Origin: Antedon mediterranea
Lineage: Eukaryota; Animalia; Echinodermata
Assembly (NCBI RefSeq): GCF_964355755.1
Contig: NC_092673.1
Span: 2,232,001 to 2,296,000 of the forward strand
DNA: 64,000 nt
Direction of reading: 5' to 3'
Shown here: in pieces, positions 39,801-52,779 of the stretch
Layout: every line of letters starts with the position of its first letter
Position numbering within the stretch: position 1 is the first letter of the stretch
Notes under the pieces: generated by a model
Database searches by the model: none
What the model was told of the DNA's origin: nothing
What the model saw: the letters and a program-made list of their open reading frames with translations, nothing else
Program-made: the position numbers and the translations under genes

Positions 39801-42800
39801 ACGCACGACGACAACGTTTCGTTTCTATTATTAAATCATCGGTAATTCTTCTCGCATCATAACAAGATACTTCATCGGCATAAAAAATACAACGTATATG
39901 AAATAGAAAAACAAGTTACAAGACATTAACTGGCCAAAATGAACAACGCGTAGAACTCATTATGTTTTGAATTATCTTTGGAGAACGGACACTGCTTCTT
40001 CGCATTGCTTTCTGTAGATTCGGATGGTTTTGCTGGACAAATGAAACAGGATAAATTGATGGTGACAACTCATCATACAGACTTCCTTAAAGGGCATGTC
40101 ATTTTTTTTTAAAAACCCTTCAAAACATATGATTTAGTCGGCGGAGACGGTAAGAGAACACTTACTTAGTTACTTAGACATCCATAAACTTCTGAACCTC
40201 TAACAAAATCTCAGTGGGAATGAAACGTGTTCGTTGGTATAACAAAAAGAATGTGAAAATACTGAAAAGAGTCAGTCACATGATTTTGAATGGTTAAGTG
40301 ATAAAGTCGACGAGAGGTGAAATCATTTTGTAATAAGGGATAGATTACAACATGTATTAGTTGAAAGCAAGAAGAAAAAAATAGTCTTAGTATTAAATGA
40401 AATACATAGATCTATAGAAGAGTGACCAACACAATTCTTTCAAAGAATTAAAATTGGTAAACGGTAGTAGTAGTAGGCTCAAACATCTTGTGGAATTATT
40501 AGTAATATAAATTATAATTATATATATTAATTATTTATGTCTATATCTATTTACTGTACTATTTTTTGCTCATGATGGTTAAATTAGCAAAACAATAAAC
40601 TTGTTCTTTAATACCAAAATATTTTGGTATGAAAGTATTTTCACAATTACCTTATACGGAGAAACATCCGTTGATGACGGGAATGCTAAGAGCCCCATAA
40701 CCTTCTGTACCTGGCCTAGCTGATCACCCTCTAGGCCATTAAAATACTTCCGTGCCTGCTTCACAGCCTCCAGTCGTTTGTTGCCCCTAATCAACTCAAT
40801 AAACTGCTGAGTACGGAGATTAAATTCTAATGAACTCTGGGAAAGGAAATGTGGAGAAGAAAAAAAGCATGATTAGAAACTAGAAATCAAAAAGAATTAG
40901 GTCATTAATGTATGATTAGAGTCATTTTTTAATGACATTATTCACTGTATATATTATGATGTATTTCATACCATCATAACATTTTGGATTATTCAATATC
41001 TTCAGAGTTTGTTTTCCTCAATAAAAAAATAAATTTCCACAAATATATACAAATAAACAAAAAACTGAAATTGTGAAAGAAAAACCAAGTATGTATTCAG
41101 GTTCAAGAATATTAACATATTTAAAAAAAAACAAAATAATGATTCATTATATTAAACAGATGTTATATATATTATATAATATGTGTTCTAAAGCAGTCAT
41201 GTGTTTTTTTTTTGTGGTAATTTTAAAATAATTTAAAGCCATTCTCAAGTGACAAACGAAAAAAAAAAAAAACTATAAAGACATATTTGCATTTGGTACA
41301 GAAAATTAAAACAACCGATGGATTTAGGTTTATTATGTTTTCACAATAAAGTAACTTGGTAAACTAATAATTATGAATAACAAATAATAACAAATAAACT
41401 ATTGTTGATAATGCTGGAGCTTTTGTCCAGTGGAAGCAGATGAGAACACAACCCAGGCATCAGTAAAACAGTCAACTGGTATCTTTACACAAGAGAGAAG
41501 ACAGGCCACTACAAATATTGGTCAACGCTTGCTTCTGCACTTAGCTATTTTCAGCTTTAAAATTTGAAATTAAATCCAAATTATAATTGAATTAGAAAAC
41601 ATAAAATCAAACATTCTGCATGAGGATAAGCTTAAAATATCACCCGAAAGAAAAAGAGAGATACTTATATTCCACGTCCAAGACTGTCTTTCACTCACAT
41701 AATAATTCCAGGCGGGAAGGAAAGTAATTACAGAAAGAAATCGATGGAAAAAAAGATAAATTAGGAAAGAGGAAGGCAACTAATAAAAGAAGTTTTAATT
41801 AACTTGCCTGAATGACTTTGCTTTTTATTTGAAAACTTAAAATAAATGTGACAAACGTTTTAAAATTGTTGAAAAAAAACTACTATTCATTTCTTATTGA
41901 AAAGGTAACTTTTTGACTAAGGATTTAAATATATAATTATGAATAAAAAAAAAAGATTTTTCTTCTTTTTCAGTTTGTTAAATTTACCGAGTGCCGGCCC
42001 GAGGGAGGAAGCTTGGTTTTCGCAGATAAATAAAAATATAAGGGGAAATAAACATACTTCCTGCTAAAGGGCTTATTTGCAAAAAAACAGGAATCTTGCT
42101 TTCGGCAAAGGAAAAACCAGTTGAATAGGTAACACGGCGTTTGCGGTCTTGATTTAAATTTGCAGACGCAAGACACACGCATGTACCTGTCTATCGTCAA
42201 ATACAATTTCTTTTATCTTCAGAGCAGAAGTATTCAGAATCGTAGATTACGTAATTGGAAATGGCAATGCATGTGTTATACAGTATTTTATATCAGATTA
42301 AGTTATCGATAGAAATTTTCGTACATGAAAAGGTTGAAAAAACGTTGTTTGTTAAAATAATTTGTTTTTCTTTTTTTTTATTTTGAATTCGTCAAGTTAA
42401 ATGTTGTTAATTTAATAATTTGGCAGCTGGAAATGAAACGGAAATTGTATTCGTGATGTTCTGTTGAAGATTTTATTAAAAATAATTAAAAGTACATAAC
42501 ATTTGAAGATAAAAGGAGGGATATACTTATCCCTTGCCCTTTTAATTTACATTTATTCAACATTCCTATCATAATTTTACAGTTGATTTTTGAATTAATA
42601 AAAATTTAAATTTAGTCATCATAGTGAGTAATAGGCCTGTTTATTATTTACTGTATTTTAAGAATTGCACCCAGGATTTAGAAGAGAGTCATTTGACAAG
42701 GTTTTAGACCTAAGCCCGGGTAAAGTTCTCTACTAATGACAGTCTGCGATATTTAAAGATCATTGCAATAGAATACGCTTTCTATTTGTGACAACTTAAG

Positions 42801-43846
42801 ACTTCTGTATATGACACATCATTTGGCCAAGTCATCGTCCAGCTCATCATCCAGCTCTGTAAAATCAAGTTGGATTACAATGGCCATACATTCCAACAAA
42901 GGTTCAAATGTCTGTAAGAACATTAATCCAAAACCGGACCTAGAACCGACCAAATTTTGTCCAAAAACTTCACGAACAGTTTATGTCTATTATATTATCA
43001 TTATATAGTTTATCTAACTTTCAGTATTAGCCTGTCTGCACAACTTGATATATTAAACATAAATCTCACTTTAAAAAAAACACCAAGCTATTTGAAAAAT
43101 AGGGTTATCTCGGTACACTGGTTCATTTTAAAATTGCCGACTAATTTAATGACAGACAACGTATCTTTACTTAAGGTACGAATGAACTGTTAAATTAAAG
43201 CACCTGTTTCTAAATGATGAGATAGCTATTTGAAGTGTGTAGATGGTTGTCAATCAAACGGCTTATCATCAATCAATCAAAGTGGAATCAACCATTTTAT
43301 TATGTGTAATTTGAGACATTTATTAGGTCGTATAGTTTTCAAAGGTTTAAAGCGTCTTTAACATGTTTTATTTGAAAAATAATGATCGAATCAGAATGGA
43401 TGCGATGTTGTATAAGGCTTTAAAACGGTTCAGTTAATTATAAAATACTATATAAATTAAGAAAACTAAAAATATTGGATTTCAGTTGCTAGAAATGATG
43501 GTTAATAGTTTCCGAGAATTGACAGAAATGGTTGCCAGGTTATTTCTTCTAAGTCTGGAGTATAATTAGTTGTGAAATGTATTATTATTTACCTTTATCG
43601 TTTGTCGTCATTACTCCAACCCACAAATGGCGTAATCCCTCTTTGGACTTCTCATAATTAGCCACTGTTTGTTGCCAGAATTACAGTAAATACATTACAG
43701 AAAATACTTATATGCTACTATACCTTAATCTTTTTAAGCTTGGACTTGTTGTCATGGCACCAATTAAGGCAGGGCATTGTTTCACGGTTTAGTAAGGACT
43801 CTTCTACGTCTCTAGATTCCATAAACAATTTCATATTTGTGAGATC
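27864..43846 (-). CDS. MAEA: E3 ubiquitin-protein transferase MAEA (CTLH/GID complex), 3' six coding exons; 5' part not found in the window
   Basis: Exons (minus): 43724-43846 (DLTNMKLF...[16 protein letters not shown]), 40651-40836 ([17 protein letters not shown]...VMGLLAFP), 36255-36388 (...[11 protein letters not shown]), 29342-29466 (QCY...[32 protein letters not shown]), 28371-28435 ([18 protein letters not shown]), 27864-27965 (VVCPRTQE...KVFIM*). Phases are consistent. Confidence 0.95.
29467..36254 (-). other. U12-type GT-AG intron in MAEA (6788 bp)
   Basis: 5' splice site GTATCCTTG at 36254 and branch point TTCCTTGAC a short distance upstream of the 3' CAG at 29467. Confidence 0.88.
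36529..36686. repeat. Hairpin (foldback) element centred on GAGGCAAAGCCGAG
   Basis: Arms of about 70 bp pair almost perfectly. The adjoining right-hand sequence 36758-36830 recurs at 63406-63475. Confidence 0.75.
37665..38092. repeat. Minisatellite of about 55-60 bp, about 7 copies, with TGACCAATCACA
   Basis: Unit approximately TGACCAATCACAAACATTGTTGTATAAATTCTAAACAGATCTACAAGTTTAAAAATAT. Confidence 0.85.
39770..40330 (-). mobile_element. Possible Penelope-like element relic with a degenerate hammerhead at 39808-39845
   Basis: Minus strand CCGATGA...GAAACGTT (core U>C), preceded by a peptide [18 protein letters not shown] that loosely resembles the GIY-YIG start. Confidence 0.35.
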
Positions 43847-44072
43847 CTAAAAGACATAAAGTAAAAAAAAAATTAATAAACTTTATTAAATTTATTATGG
43901 TCATTAGATATACAGAAACAGAAATTGGATTATGCGCTTTATGTGACTGCAAAAAATCACTATGATCTGGACAGTGGTATCGTATTTTAAAGATTGTACA
44001 AAGTTTCAGGAGATACCTCCTTTTAAGTGCACACTTTGTTGGGTCCTGGATGTCTCCTTCAGTAGAGGTTCT

Positions 44073-44230
44073 CAGTGGCGTAACACAATAGGCAAAGGTC
44101 CCTGGTGTAGCACTCCTGAGGGGCCCTCCAATACTGGGTAGATGCACTGGGGCTGCTGATGCTCTAGGGCTCCTTAAACCCTGGGGCCTCTGGGTTTTAC
44201 CAGTAAGCGCTCATAGCGGTTACGCCACAT
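44073..44230. mobile_element. Short GC-rich MITE, hAT-like termini
   Basis: CAGTGGCGTAAC ... GTTACGCCAC inverted termini; TSD not clear. Confidence 0.45.
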
Positions 44231-44797
44231 TTTTTTTAAAATCATTGGTTAACACTTCTAAAATGTACTAACAAAAATAAAAACAAAACGGCTATCTGTT
44301 GAAAAACATAAACTAGTTGTATGTGTCTGTAATAAAATCATGATAATATTTTGATGACTAAGAAAAAAGAAATTCGTGCTTTTTATTGAAAAAAAAAAAA
44401 ACTAGGATAAGTCTTTGACCTTAAGAAATAACATCAGCTTTGACATATTTGACAACAGTTACTACAAGTTACTAATGAGTGTGCTTTGTGAATCGTGTAT
44501 TATTTAATTGTTTTAAAGAAAAATAGAACATTTTAATCTGAAATGCTGAAAATAATAAATAAATATAAAATGAAAGAAGGGAAAAAGTCGCCTAACCAAG
44601 ATGCAAACCAAATTTATTTGAATAATAGAGCCTGTTTCTGCAGAGAAAAATTAATGGATTAAAAACTAAAAAATTACTCCCAAATTCTTGCTATAAAGTA
44701 ACTTTATGATTGACCGATGTTGACCATGTGTCAATTACGGTAGCAACTTAAACTTTTCATCGAGTGCATTGTATTTTGGGTAATGTTTTTAAATTAA

Positions 44798-45026
44798 AGA
44801 TATATTGTCCCTCTAACAAAATTTGTTTTCTTCAATTTTTTTGTTTAATATGCCATAATAGTTTCTCTTTGACCAAAAACTAGTGGTTTCAATGGTTTTT
44901 GGTTAAAATGAACCGTTTCATTTAAATAATAATATTATTTACAGAAGTGAATAAACTATATCAAAACTGCACAATGGCCTATTTTATTAATCTTCCGTTT
45001 TCATGTTTTTGGGGGACAATACATCT
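44798..45026. mobile_element. MITE with TIR AGATATATTGTCCC, possibly Kolobok-like
   Basis: TTAA|AGATATATTGTCCC ... GGGACAATACATCT; the right TSD is degenerate. Confidence 0.5.
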
Positions 45027-45954
45027 TTTTTTAGAATTTGAGAGCACAAATTTAGAAGAAATGTGGTAGATTATAGTTTTAAATATATTTTCAAACAATT
45101 ATTTGGTGTTATGCGCCAGATGAAAGTATTGTTAAAAAACTCATGTCTGCCTCAATTTGTGATTTTAATCAGTACAAATCCAACCCAAGTATTCTGATCA
45201 TAAGTACTATTAACTACACATATCTGTTGCAGTGACCTTAATTCATATAAAATACCTCAAGTTATATTCACAATTAAGAAAAGAGACTTTGTCAAGAATG
45301 GGATTAATGAGAATGAAAAAACTGGTTTCACTTTTACCCTATCATCGTAAAATGCATGAAAATTATGATTATCGTCGTAACATAGAGCACGCATTTAAAA
45401 TAGACAAGTCGCCTTGGGATGCTAGAAAATGTACACGACGACGAAATACATGGAATGCTTTTGGGTACAAAAATATGTAATGTGGATTGTGTATGTAGAA
45501 CAGAGTCCTAGTTCACACATTTTTTTTAAATACTTTTTTTTAATCTTTTATTCATGTTAAAATATCTAGAGTGAACAGGATGGAAGTTGTGCTTTTTAAC
45601 TAAGTCTTATTACGAGGCTTAAGGAGTGGGTTGTTTTTATCCGACAGGATTAAGTCCTAGAACTTGAAACGCTTAAAAACCAGAAATTCGGTCACCACCA
45701 AATTCAATGCAGCCAACAACATATTATATTGATACTGCTGTGTACGTTTTTATATTAGTTTGTTTTATTGTTTTTGTATTTTTTAATGCTGGGACAAGTT
45801 CCATGTTCCGATAAAAAATGTATGCTTGTTTTCTACTGAAATGTGTATACGTAATAATTAATAAATAATTATATTATATTGTTGAGGTAACCATAATTAA
45901 TATTATATGGTCATTTTATTTATGATATTTTTAGAGTGTGAGTGAGTAGTTAAA

Positions 45955-46088
45955 AGCTCTGTCTACACTATCAAACTAGTTTGACAAAAAAAGTGTGATA
46001 TGGTAGTGATATGGTAGACATCATCATGTCCATATATGGGCACATAACATTTTTTTGTAACATAAAGTTTGATAGTGTGGACAGAGCT
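45955..46088. mobile_element. MITE family A copy
   Basis: Both TIRs plus the internal CCATATATGGGCAC core. Confidence 0.8.
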
Positions 46089-47092
46089 TTAGAAGTACAA
46101 AATTAAAAATATATGTTCAGTACGTAAAGTTTTATTTTATACATTAGAATGTGTTTTATTTTTTATTTGTTTGGTAAAACAAGCCTACTCATAAATATTG
46201 TTGTAAACCCATTGGGTTTTGAAGTCTATAAATCTTGGTCGCAAACTTCTGACCATCTGAAAACACATAATGAATTTCACGCAATCAGCGTGAACACTGG
46301 GGTCCTATGGTACGCAAATGCGTTCGGTTGAATGACAAGCTTGCTTCTGGCGAATTCGGCCCACAAGTGTTGAGAACATTCTAAACTACTGCATGCCATA
46401 GCTTGCTATGTTATAACGTTAAAACTCACAGCCGCTTCTGACCATAGCATCTGGAAGCTATTATCTGTATTATTATTTATCATTATTATGCTCTGATCCT
46501 GTGGGAACGTCGAGACTGGCAGGAAATTGGGTATTCCTACAGTCTGAGTGTATGAGTGAGTGTTAAGGAAGCCTAGCCAGGAGGGCCTTGGACAAACAGG
46601 CAGGCAGACCCCAGCACATAAACGCTTCTACACCCCTGGACACTCTAAACTAATCATACACTCAAGTAGCTTTCGACTCTGCATGCATGCGTAGGAGTGA
46701 GTGTACTATGGTATAGAAATAAATGGAGGTAAATATCATTGTTTTACAACTACAAGAGTGAGTTTTTGACTTTACGAGGACACCAACCCCCCTCCCCTCC
46801 CTTGAACATGGTAGCATCAACACTACAGTACTGGAGATTATGTTATTTGTACCAAGTTATTACTTATTTATCCATGTTTGTACCAATTAATGGAATAATC
46901 CTGCCATACTCACATTATTATTACTTTATATTATTGAAAAACAAAGTAGTTAAATTGACACAATTTAGCAGTTATCAAAAACTAATTAAAAGCTTAAAAA
47001 CTTATATAAAATATTCAGAAAATAATGCAACAAAGCTTGTAGATTCGTTCACATTTGTAATAGAATTGAAATTATTTTAAATATCTATTAAA

Positions 47093-47646
47093 ATTAAATC
47101 CCTGGACATAATGGAAGAACAAAACTTAATTGAATTTGAAAAGTAAAATGTGATTATTTTATTACGATGTATTTGATAAATGGCAAACTATTAAATTTAC
47201 TACTATTCAGATTTGTGTAGTCATTTTTTATGCGAGCAAATTTGTTAACACAGTTTTTGCAGATTAAGTGGTATATTGTGTATAAGGGTGATTTAAGATG
47301 ATAATGATAATAAAGTGATGACAATGATTATAATGTGATTTTGATGAGATTACAAGACGGTTGATAATGACAATGGTGTTGATACTATTATGATGATTGA
47401 GATGACGATGACATGAAAATGAAAATATCATTTAAATATCCATTGTATATCATATGTGCAATAAAATTAGGCTGTCCCCAAAAACTAGAAAAAAAAAGTT
47501 TGCTCGCATAAAAAATGACTACACACATCTGAATCGTAGTAAATTTAATAGTTTGCCATTTATTAAATACATCGTAATAAAATAATCACATTTTACTTTT
47601 CAAATTCAATTAAGTTTTTTTCTTCCATTATGTCCAGGGATTTAAT
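47093..47646. repeat. Long inverted repeat (arms about 150 bp, spacer about 255 bp), foldback/MITE-like
   Basis: 47093-47240 is a near-perfect reverse complement of 47499-47646; TTAA at both outer ends. Confidence 0.85.
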
Positions 47647-48524
47647 GATCATGATACGACAACAATGATTTTTTAATGATATTAATAACCGTAATACAAT
47701 GATTTGGATACTAATAATGTAATTTTTTCGAGGATGTTGAGGAGGATGGGATATAAACCTAGAGTTACTTTTTATTATTATGTATATATTTTATTTAAAT
47801 TTGTTTTTTTATTTTCTGCAAGCCCGCTTCTTTTTTTGCTTATTTGTTGTAAGATCAAAATAAATGTTTACAATTTCTGCCAAATTTTAAGCTTCTACTA
47901 CACTATCAAGCTAGTTTGAAAAAAAAAAGTGTGATATGCCCAAATATAGTATATAGAATTATGGGCACATCACATTTTTTGTCACACAAAGTAGTGTAGA
48001 CGGAGCAATAACACATTTTGCACATGTTATTTTTCCAAACCGTAAATCTATATTTTTATTTTCAATATTCAGACTTGACTGAAAATTGGTTAGCACGTGA
48101 AAAGTTTATTTTTATTTATTATTCAATAAGTAAATAGGAACAAAACATTTGTACCCCTGCTATAAATTAATATTTTTCCACATGTACTGTTGTGATAAAC
48201 GGAAAAATAAATCTCCCTTCAAATTTTAAATGACGTTAATTCTGTTTACAACACCATGCTATGTTTAAAGAACATGCAATTCAGATTCTAAGCTATAGTG
48301 ACGTGTCGCAAATTGGTAATGCTCTTTATATTTAAGAAATAAACACTTAATCAAGTACTGTATTTAACATTTTTCCATAATTATTTTAATTTGAGTTTGA
48401 ATACGACACTAAAGTGTTGACATTTACTTTAAAAAACTTTCCAAAAACAAAAAATAATTATTATTCTGGCTTCTAATAAATATCTATTAATGTTTTCTAT
48501 TTTTTAACCATGGTGTTAGGAAAA

Positions 48525-48780
48525 CAAATTATGGCGCAATTAAGTAGAATGGACAATACCATTAACTATATGGGTAAATGGGATTTTTTTCTTTTACAAA
48601 ATGTATCCTCTCTTTGGAGAGTGGGCTATTGTTGGTTTATCCAGGTAAGGCACAAAATTATGGCGCAAGTAGTTAGAATGGACGATACCATTAACTATAC
48701 GGGTAAATGGGAATTTTTCTTTTAGAAAATGTATCTTCTCTTTAGAGAAAGGGTTTATCTATGTAAGAAAGGCACAAAAT
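48525..48780. repeat. Tandem duplication of about 130 bp
   Basis: AAATTATGGCGCAA...AGAATGGAC.ATACCATTAACTATA.GGGTAAATGGGA occurs twice. Confidence 0.75.
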
Positions 48781-49371
48781 AAATATATTTACATATTTGT
48801 ATGTATCGAGTTGTAAGCTAGTCACTACAGGTTTACTGTTTACCTGCCATAGAAACATGAACACCATTACATTTCAGAAAATAAAATGATCATGTTGACC
48901 TAATTTTAGGTTTCATAAATTAAACCAAGGCTGATAAGAAAGAAAATAGTATTAATGTAGATAATTTAATTAGCCATAAACGGAATTTGTGATTGGTGTA
49001 ATCTAACCGGATTTGGTAGGAAAATCTAAAAACACCAAAGTCTGCCAAAATCAATTATTGCTCAAGTAATCTTGATTCCCAAAATTAAGATTGACATCAC
49101 AAGATGTGATTTTAATGTATTCTTTAAAGTTAGAGCTTTACTTTGTCATTTGTCAACAGTTATTCTTCACTAAAGCTCTGTCTGCACTATCAAACTTTGG
49201 GCACATCACATTTTTTTGTCACATAAAGTTCGATAGTGTAGACAAAGCTTCATCAAATTGTTATGATTCTGCTTATTATATCAGATAATCAGTACAATTT
49301 TTCCTTTAAAGTTTAAAGGTATTTTCTTACATTTTACGTAAGGCTAAACTTGAGTAGCAAGAGTTGATTTA

Positions 49372-49528
49372 AGCTCTGTCTACACTATCAAACTAGTTTG
49401 AAGTGTGATGTACCCAAATATGATAGTGATATGCTTAAATATGGTAGTGATATGACATCATCACTATCAAAATTTGGGCACATCACATTTTTTTTTGTCA
49501 CATAAAGTTTGATAGTGTAGACAGAGCT
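49372..49528. mobile_element. MITE family A (TIR AGCTCTGTCTACACTATCAAACT), PIF/Harbinger-like; representative of about 11 copies
   Basis: TIRs with a TTA target duplication. Other full or partial copies at about 6511-6620, 13494-13649, 17818-17931, 18363-18501, 25572-25730, 27523-27627 (TAA TSD), 45955-46088, 47890-48006, 49174-49250 and 61255-61351. Confidence 0.85.
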
Positions 49529-50951
49529 TTAGTTTGGTCTTTTTGTCATCATATTTGTTAATGTAACTTTTTTTCACTGATTCTAATATATTATGAGTTA
49601 TTATGATAAAAGTATATACAGAGACTGCTTTTTTCACTTTTTTTCTTTCTAACAATTCCAAATAAATGTATTCATATGAACACATTTGATAAATTTGATA
49701 AAAACATAATTTTTAGAATTATTGCCAGAAGTGTATAATTTTATCTTTATGTTTTATAATAAATAAATAAACAAACAAATAAACAAAATAATTAATATAA
49801 ATATGTTCACAAAGGACATAATTTAAAAACATAAATCATAAAAATGTAAATTTCATAAATTTATGAAATCAAACCCATAAAAATAGGCCTATGGAAAAAT
49901 CAATCAAACATCACCAGATGCAAATTTAATTTAATTTAGTCAATTATTTAGGATAAATGTGTAGAGTCATCTAAGTAACTACTAGTGCTAGTTTAGCCAA
50001 TCTTATCACTTTCCTACAATGCGTTAGTAGAGCCAGAAATACAGCCTTTCAAATGAGTTACCAAAATCACTTTTGAAATTTATCCACTAGAGATGCATTT
50101 TAACATTATTAAATGTTAACAGTGGGGTACTTTAAATTCTTTATACATTTTAACATTTCTCTTTTTCTATTACAAAATTAATTGATTTATTTCAATTATA
50201 CTTCAACAGCCATTGGCCAATTACATGTTTTAAACAAAAAATTTAAAAAATGTAATTACAGGGGAAAAAAGGTTGGTACAGCACATTAAAACTATAAAAG
50301 TTACAAACATAAAAAATATAAAAGTATTTACAATATCAATATTTTTATTTGTTTGATATAAAATATTTACACTTTCTGTTTAATTTAATTTTTTCTAGTT
50401 AATTGTTTGGATAAGTTTACTATATTAATTTTGGCATTAAAATATACAATTAATGATTATCAGGAATGGATAAAAAATGACAAATGTACAGTAAATATAA
50501 ATGGGATAAAATGAAGAAATTGAAGAATTATTTTCCCATAGATTTGTTTTCTTTTAAAAATGTTTTCAAAGTATGCGGATGTAATTCAAAGAAAATGAAA
50601 GTAAAATGGCTGGCAATCTAGAAATATTAAGAAAAAAAAAGTTTGACGTCTTCATTAATTTTCATTTCATGATAAAATAATAAAATGACCCACTTGTGAT
50701 ATAAAGGTTTATAAGGACCAGCTGGTAGTTGGTAAAATATCCAGCTATTTATAGAAGTTGAAAACAAAAATTGGAATCACAACAAACTTAGTATATTAAA
50801 ATGTTTTCACTTTATTTTATTTTTAAAAATTAATATATTAATCAAAAGGCAAATTACTGAAAAAAAGATAATACTGTGTGTATCAGTGGCTGGATCTCAA
50901 TGGAGAAAAAGCTAAATCAAAACAATAAAGTAAAACAGGAAGAAAGACATT

Positions 50952-50992
50952 TTGCAGAGCTTTCGGGTAACACTAGGCCTTCATCAGTGCAA
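50952..50992 (-). ncRNA. Minimal type I hammerhead ribozyme motif (Penelope/retrozyme-like)
   Basis: Minus strand TTGCA-CTGATGA-AGG-cctagtgtta-CCC-GAAA-GC-TC-TGCAA: stem I of 5 bp, intact core, short stem II, palindromic AGCT stem III, UC cleavage site. Confidence 0.7.
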
Positions 50993-52107
50993 GTGTAAAT
51001 AAAACTAATACACTGTTATATCATAAATATATTTTCCCCAGAAAAAACTATCTATGTTATGACCATTTACACACAATGGGGAGAGACAGGCATTTTCCGC
51101 TCAGGATAGATACAGATTCTAAGTGGGACAAGCTATGTGATTTTCTGCTTACTGTTAGTTACCGCTCGTTTATGTACAGTAAATTTGATTTAATACGAGA
51201 ACTTTACACATATTTTATGTGTAGAATCAGGTTCAAATGTTTTTTTTGTCAACAAATAAAATGCTACATTTATTGGCAATAAAATAAAGAAGATAAATAA
51301 CAACATCATTGTTCATAATATTATCGATTATTGCCCAAGAGAAAAAGTCTGTTACAAAAGTCAAACGTTGGGTGACCAAGTTGTGCATCAAAACGATATC
51401 TTTCATCCAGTAGATATACAGAAGTCAATGACTGTTAATAACAAACCAAAAAGGCTTAAAACTGTGAAAACGTTCACTTTTCTATAGCTCATTATCTCCT
51501 AACTGGAATCCTTAGAGAAAAACATGTTTACATGAAAATAGTATAACTACATTGATGTGATTACGGGATCAGTGATTTTCATTTATATACCATGACCCTG
51601 GCAGATGGACGAAACTTTAAAGGTTCAGTTTTCTATGAAAATGTAACCGCTTTAACCATTAAAACTTTAATTCAGATAGCACTCTCCCTTTAATTATTTC
51701 AAAGGTATGTTGGTAGAAAAAATAAGATGAATGATTTTTATCTTGAATCACATTATTGAGTATGAACCAAGTTAGTGTAAATCGTTTTGAATTAAAATTG
51801 TCTGAAAGCACTGTCCCTTTGATTACTTCCAAAGTATTTTTGGTAGTCGGATAAACTATACTACTGTAATCGGTTAATTACAAATAACAAAACATGGATG
51901 TTATTACCACTTTCATTGGACACAGATTTTATCTATCCTTTTTCACAGATCATTACCATGTCATTTTATCTATTTATACAACGATTTGTGTCAAGCCTAA
52001 TTTACAACTGGGACAATATTTGTCTTTTTTCAAGGCCTGTACCCGAGTCTCAGTAAAACACACATTTTATCGTAATAATCATATGTACTGTTTTTGTTGG
52101 AAATAGA

Positions 52108-52320
52108 GGGGGGTAGGGCACCTAGGAAGGATACACGATAGTAGATGGACACAATTGATAATTGAGTACAACCATTATATGGAGAAAGAAAGAGACCTCA
52201 TTAGAGATGGAGGGATGAGCTTGACAGACTGATACCACAGCATAGCCAAGACAGGAACAACTGGAACCAGTTGAGAAAGGCCTTTATGCAGCAGTGGGAC
52301 AATCCAGGGCTGTAGATTAA
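52108..52320 (+). mobile_element. RTE-clade LINE 3' relic
   Basis: Broken frames read VGHLGRIHDSRWT, RWRDELD and QDRNNWNQLRKAFMQQWD, typical of the RTE ORF C-terminus. Confidence 0.7.
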
Positions 52321-52779
52321 GAAATTTGTTTTAGAAATGTTTCATAAATATTCAAAACAATATCAATACCCTTAAAAGGCCCAAAAATGAATAGACAATG
52401 CAGTCATCATTGGTTACATCCTGTAAAAATGCATTTACCACCAACAAATTGTTTTTTAATCAACAATAATTAACTATAATTATAACAATAGTCCTTGACA
52501 TGGATGTGGTTGGCAACTTCCTATACAATCAAATTCATGATTCAAGTTATGATTAAAAAAGTAGGCCAATCAAAATGACTGTCCACCACACACCTGTATG
52601 ATAATTGGGACTACGAGGCAATGGAGCGTTACAAACATTAGTTCTTGCCAACCAAAGAGCAATGTTCCAAATTAAAAAATTAAGAAGAGTTTTGTCAAAA
52701 AAAACAAATAACCAGTATAGAATTTAAATAAAACTGAAGAATTATTATTTGTGTCATAATTTACGATGATTAATACATA

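Noticed and set aside
52125-52137. GTATCCTT U12-like donor on the minus strand
   Set aside because: Lies in an RTE relic with no adjacent MAEA-like exon; coincidental.
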